Assembly: GCA_965205025.1 (NCBI GenBank)
Contig: CBDBFU010000014.1
Coordinates: 192,001 to 256,000 of the forward strand
Origin: Candidatus Poribacteria bacterium
GTDB taxonomy: Bacteria > Poribacteria > WGA-4E > WGA-3G
Length of the DNA: 64,000 nt
Direction of reading: 5' to 3'
Below, one piece after another: positions 60,676 to 64,000 of this stretch (its first letter is position 1; each line of letters starts with the position of its first letter). The notes under the pieces are model-generated. The model was given only the letters and a program-made list of their open reading frames with translations. It did no database searches and had not been told where the DNA came from. Both the position numbers and the translations under genes were made by a program.

Positions 60676-61186
60676 CCGGTAGGTGCGGTTTCATGTAGAT
60701 TAAGAAAATATTTCGGTAATTCTAATTTTCCCAAACACGGTAGGTGCGGTTTCCCGGGGAATGCCTTATGGCATTCATACCGTTGATTCACCACGGGGAA
60801 TGCTAAATAGCATTCATACCGTTGATTTGGATCTTTCTTTAAAATTACAGAATTTAAAAATTAATCTACATCTAACCGCACTATTAGCGTCAATTTTAGA
60901 CTATGATTTTATTGGTATTGAGTCCCATAGGGACGGAATGTTTATAGAAAATGTGTATATCCCATAATTGAGTCCCGGGGAATGCCTAAATGGCATTCAT
61001 ACCCGGTGAACGCCAAAAGGCGTTCAACCGTTGATTCCTTGATTTGGTAGGGACGGAATGTATATAGAAGTCGTTATCAGCTAATATCCTAAGCCCCAGC
61101 GGGGCGAAATGTTTGTAGAAAACGGTTAAACCCACTAACAAAGCCCCAGCGGGGCGAAATGTGTATCCTGAAATTGATGCTTATGG
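60676..61186. mobile_element. Second, left-truncated copy of composite MITE A with different nested insertions
   Basis: Colinear with 15643-16192; right TIR cctgaaattgatgcttatgg (61167-61186); left TIR not found. Confidence 0.8.
60693..60871. mobile_element. Element Y copy 3 (contains two X units)
   Basis: atgtagattaa...ttaatctacat TIRs; splits gtgcggtttc|ctaaccgcac. Confidence 0.85.
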
Positions 61187-61451
61187 TTTGTAAACTTGTT
61201 GTCACAAGGGAGGGAGATTAAGCATAATAGTGTATCTATCTGACTATGGGAAACCTGAAGGGAGGGAACACTGATACCCAATTAAAAACGTATCATGATT
61301 CGAAGAACGTACCTTCAAGTGATTCATGCCAAAAACTTTACACACCCCATGTAACATGTAACCCTAAATCTTGCTATTATCATCAAACTGTGCTAACATT
61401 GCTCAATATGCAGAATCTTGTTTCCCAGATTTCGATATAAGGAGATTGTCA

Positions 61452-62786
61452 ATGACATTAGATCAGGTAAAACAGATAATTCAAGAGAAAGGCATAGAGT
61501 TCTTCCTATGCTCTTTCGTTGAGATGAGCGGTGCACCAAAGGCAAAAGTCATTCCAGCAACCCATCTTGAGAATATGGCGAATGAAGGTGCGGGTTTTGG
61601 TGGGTTTGCCGCTGGTGAAATAGGACAGTCTCCACATGATCCAGAGATGGCAAGTATTCCGGATTTTAACTCACTCACTGTTGTTCCGTGGAAGGATAAA
61701 TTAGCTTGGGTGGCAGGCGATATGTACGTAGAAGGAGAATCTTGGCACTATTGTCCACGGACTATTCTAAAAAAGCAATTGGCGAAAGCACATGAATTAG
61801 GCTATACCTTCAATGTTGGAATAGAAGCGGAATTTATGTTGTTAAAACAGGATGAGAATGGAAATTATATCCCGTGGGATACACTTGATACAATGGATAA
61901 ACCCTGTTATGACCTTAAAGCCTTGTATCGAAATCTTGATATGATGACAACTCTGATAAAATACATGCAAGAACTGGGATGGGAACCTTATGCAAACGAT
62001 CATGAAGATGGAACATGTCAATATGAACTAAATTGGACATATTCAGATGCTTTAACAACCGCAGATAGACACACATTTTTTAAATGGATGGTCAAAACAG
62101 TAGCAGAGGAAAGCGGTCTATTGGCAACCTTTATGCCAAAACCATTTTCAAACCTTACAGGAAACGGCGCACATTTCCATATGAGTCTATGGGACGAGGA
62201 TAATCAGAAAAACCTCTTCTTAGATGAAGATGACCCGTATGGTCTTTCACAACTTGGATATTGGTTTACTGGAGGTATCCTTCATCATGCAAGTGCATTG
62301 ACAGCTGTCACGAATCCTCTTGTAAATAGCTACAAACGCTTAGTACGAAAAAAACCCCGATCTGGTTCAACATGGGCACCAGTCTATGTCACCTATGGTG
62401 CCAATAACCGAACCCAAATGATCCGAATTCCTGCAGAAGGACGAATTGAAAATCGATTAGGCGATGGTGCAGCGAATCCGTATCTCGCAGCAACAGTTCT
62501 TCTCGCCGCAGGATTAAATGGTATCAAAAATAAGATTGATCCGGGTGAGGCAAATGAAGATAACCTTTATGAAATATCCGATCTTGAAATGGAATTTAGA
62601 GGGATCTATTCACTTCCTTCCACATTGTTTGAAGCAGTAGATTTTCTTGAAGAAGACGAAATTATAAGGAAATCCCTTGGACCGGAATATGCTGACTATT
62701 TCATTGAAGTCAAACGGGAAGAATGGCATAACTACAATTCAAGTGTCAGTCAATGGGAAACCGACAATTATCTAACAGTATATTAA
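61452..62786 (+). CDS. glnT: Type III glutamate-ammonia ligase (GlnT / gamma-glutamylmethylamide synthetase-like)
   Basis: FVEMSGAPKAK, GAGFGGFA, KPCYD, NDHEDGTCQYE, FMPKPF, GSTWAP, NNRTQMIR, ANPYL. Confidence 0.85.
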   Translation: MTLDQVKQIIQEKGIEFFLCSFVEMSGAPKAKVIPATHLENMANEGAGFGGFAAGEIGQSPHDPEMASIPDFNSLTVVPWKDKLAWVAGDMYVEGESWHYCPRTILKKQLAKAHELGYTFNVGIEAEFMLLKQDENGNYIPWDTLDTMDKPCYDLKALYRNLDMMTTLIKYMQELGWEPYANDHEDGTCQYELNWTYSDALTTADRHTFFKWMVKTVAEESGLLATFMPKPFSNLTGNGAHFHMSLWDEDNQKNLFLDEDDPYGLSQLGYWFTGGILHHASALTAVTNPLVNSYKRLVRKKPRSGSTWAPVYVTYGANNRTQMIRIPAEGRIENRLGDGAANPYLAATVLLAAGLNGIKNKIDPGEANEDNLYEISDLEMEFRGIYSLPSTLFEAVDFLEEDEIIRKSLGPEYADYFIEVKREEWHNYNSSVSQWETDNYLTVY

Positions 62787-62791
62787 ATATA

Positions 62792-63010
62792 CTATAGTTT
62801 GGACAATTTCTGAAAGGTGTTTCACCTATTTTTAAAGTGTTTCTGGTTATTAACCACGTTTCTTACGACAGTCCAACTCTGAGAAAAACAAACTTAGATG
62901 CACCTAACAGTAGCCCCAGCGGGGCGAAATGTGTGTAGAAACACCATACATCCAAGATCCAAGCCCCAGCGGGGCGAAATGTGTATCGCTAAAAACTGTC
63001 CAAACTATAG
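62792..63010. mobile_element. MITE W, 14-bp TIR, 8-bp TSD, carrying two REP-like hairpins
   Basis: ctatagtttggaca / tgtccaaactatag; taaatata duplicated at 62784-62791 and 63011-63018; two agccccagcggggcgaaatgtgt units inside. Confidence 0.88.
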
Positions 63011-63183
63011 TAAATATAATCTAATGTATAACGGAAACCCACACTAATACAAACTCACCCAATTCAATTTTAGTCAATCTCCATAGAAAGAATCGGTATT
63101 CATCAATTTTAGTAAATTTATGAATTTATCAATGTAACTATAAGAGTTCTTAAACTGTTAATTACGATAACTTATCTTGTATC

Positions 63184-63212
63184 TTGACAATTGCAAATCT
63201 GAGTGTTATACT
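63184..63212 (+). promoter_or_regulatory. Sigma70 promoter upstream of the methyltransferase
   Basis: TTGACA-17 bp-TATACT. Confidence 0.7.
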
Positions 63213-63269
63213 CACTTTGTCCAAGAAAAATCCTTCCAAAACTATCCTAATTTCATAGTAGGACTTAAA

Positions 63270-64000
63270 ATGTTGCTAAATCTCAAACAAGCAAGTCAAT
63301 GGGCATCAGACTATCTGAATAAATCCGTCACCACAGCTAACATCACTTATCTAATTCAATACGGAAAGATTGACACTATTTCCAATAATGGATCTAAACT
63401 AATTCCTTTAGATAGTCTTAAAGAATATTATAGTCAATATTGTCGAGAAATGCGTTGGAAAAACGAACTCGGTGAAGACCTTAATTGGGAATTATCTTTC
63501 GAAAAATATAAGGAAGCAGAGACTACTAAACATGTCCACCGTCTACATCCATATAAAGGTAAATTTATACCTCAGTTGGTAGAATATTTTTTAGATCAAC
63601 ATACAGACAACTTTAAGAATGATATATATTTCCAACCAGGGGATGTTGTGCTTGATCCATTTTGTGGAAGTGGAACAACCTTAGTCCAAGCAAATGAATT
63701 AGGTTTACACGCGATAGGCATAGACATTTCTGTTTTTAATTCATTCATTAGTAATGCAAAAGTTGAGAATTTCAACCTAACGAAATTGTATGAGGAATCA
63801 AAAAAAATAACATCCGCTCTTAAAGTAAAAGTGGCATCCTCAAATATAGTTGATTTTGATACTAAACTATCCGATATCTTGACAAAATTTAATAATGAGT
63901 ATTTTCCAATATCCTTCAAAAAACGAGTCAGGAATGGTGAAATTAATCAAAAGAAATATGGAGCAGAAAAAGAAGCTGCATTTTTAAATACATATCAAAA
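63270..64000 (+). CDS. Site-specific DNA methyltransferase (N4/N6 family) with N-terminal HTH-like region, partial
   Basis: Manual translation MLLNLKQASQWASDYL...HVHRLHPYKGKFIPQLVEYFL...VLDPFCGSGTTLV; open to the window end. Confidence 0.88.
   Translation, partial: MLLNLKQASQWASDYLNKSVTTANITYLIQYGKIDTISNNGSKLIPLDSLKEYYSQYCREMRWKNELGEDLNWELSFEKYKEAETTKHVHRLHPYKGKFIPQLVEYFLDQHTDNFKNDIYFQPGDVVLDPFCGSGTTLVQANELGLHAIGIDISVFNSFISNAKVENFNLTKLYEESKKITSALKVKVASSNIVDFDTKLSDILTKFNNEYFPISFKKRVRNGEINQKKYGAEKEAAFLNTYQ

Noticed and set aside
60920-61166. CRISPR array
   Set aside because: Units are heterogeneous, spacers are only ~20 nt and partly homologous between loci, the arrays lie inside MITEs, and no cas genes are present.
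61200-61450. Riboswitch upstream of glnT
   Set aside because: No glnA, guanidine or other aptamer consensus recognised; part of the region looks like IS-end remnants.

Overview
AT-rich bacterial chromosomal window, most consistent with Candidatus Poribacteria. This assignment is inference from the sulfatases and maturase, PhyH dioxygenases, LamG/WD40/TPR proteins and a recurring C-terminal KLATTW motif. It holds about 45 CDSs, including argH, pyrF, truA, folD, cysC, mutS2-dnaG-rpoD, thiG, a type III glutamine synthetase, an ECF sigma/anti-sigma/TPR operon and two DNA methyltransferases, plus three tRNAs. No intact transposase, integrase, cas gene or reverse transcriptase is visible. Two signals stand out. 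(1) The intergenic DNA carries a nested hierarchy of tiny non-autonomous elements. A ~35-bp hairpin unit (9 copies, compensatory stem changes, no target duplication) and a ~100-115-bp TIR element sit inside the hairpins of other repeats and of each other. Two homologous composite loci (15.6-16.2 kb and 60.7-61.2 kb) show reciprocal empty and filled sites. Several further MITE families carry REP-like hairpins as cargo. (2) Four secreted proteins of three unrelated folds end in the same ~18-aa tail (V-x-P-x-x-K-[LI]-[AT]-T-T-W-x-x-[IV]-K), a candidate C-terminal protein-sorting or anchoring signal. All product calls come from motif recognition by eye; no searches were run.
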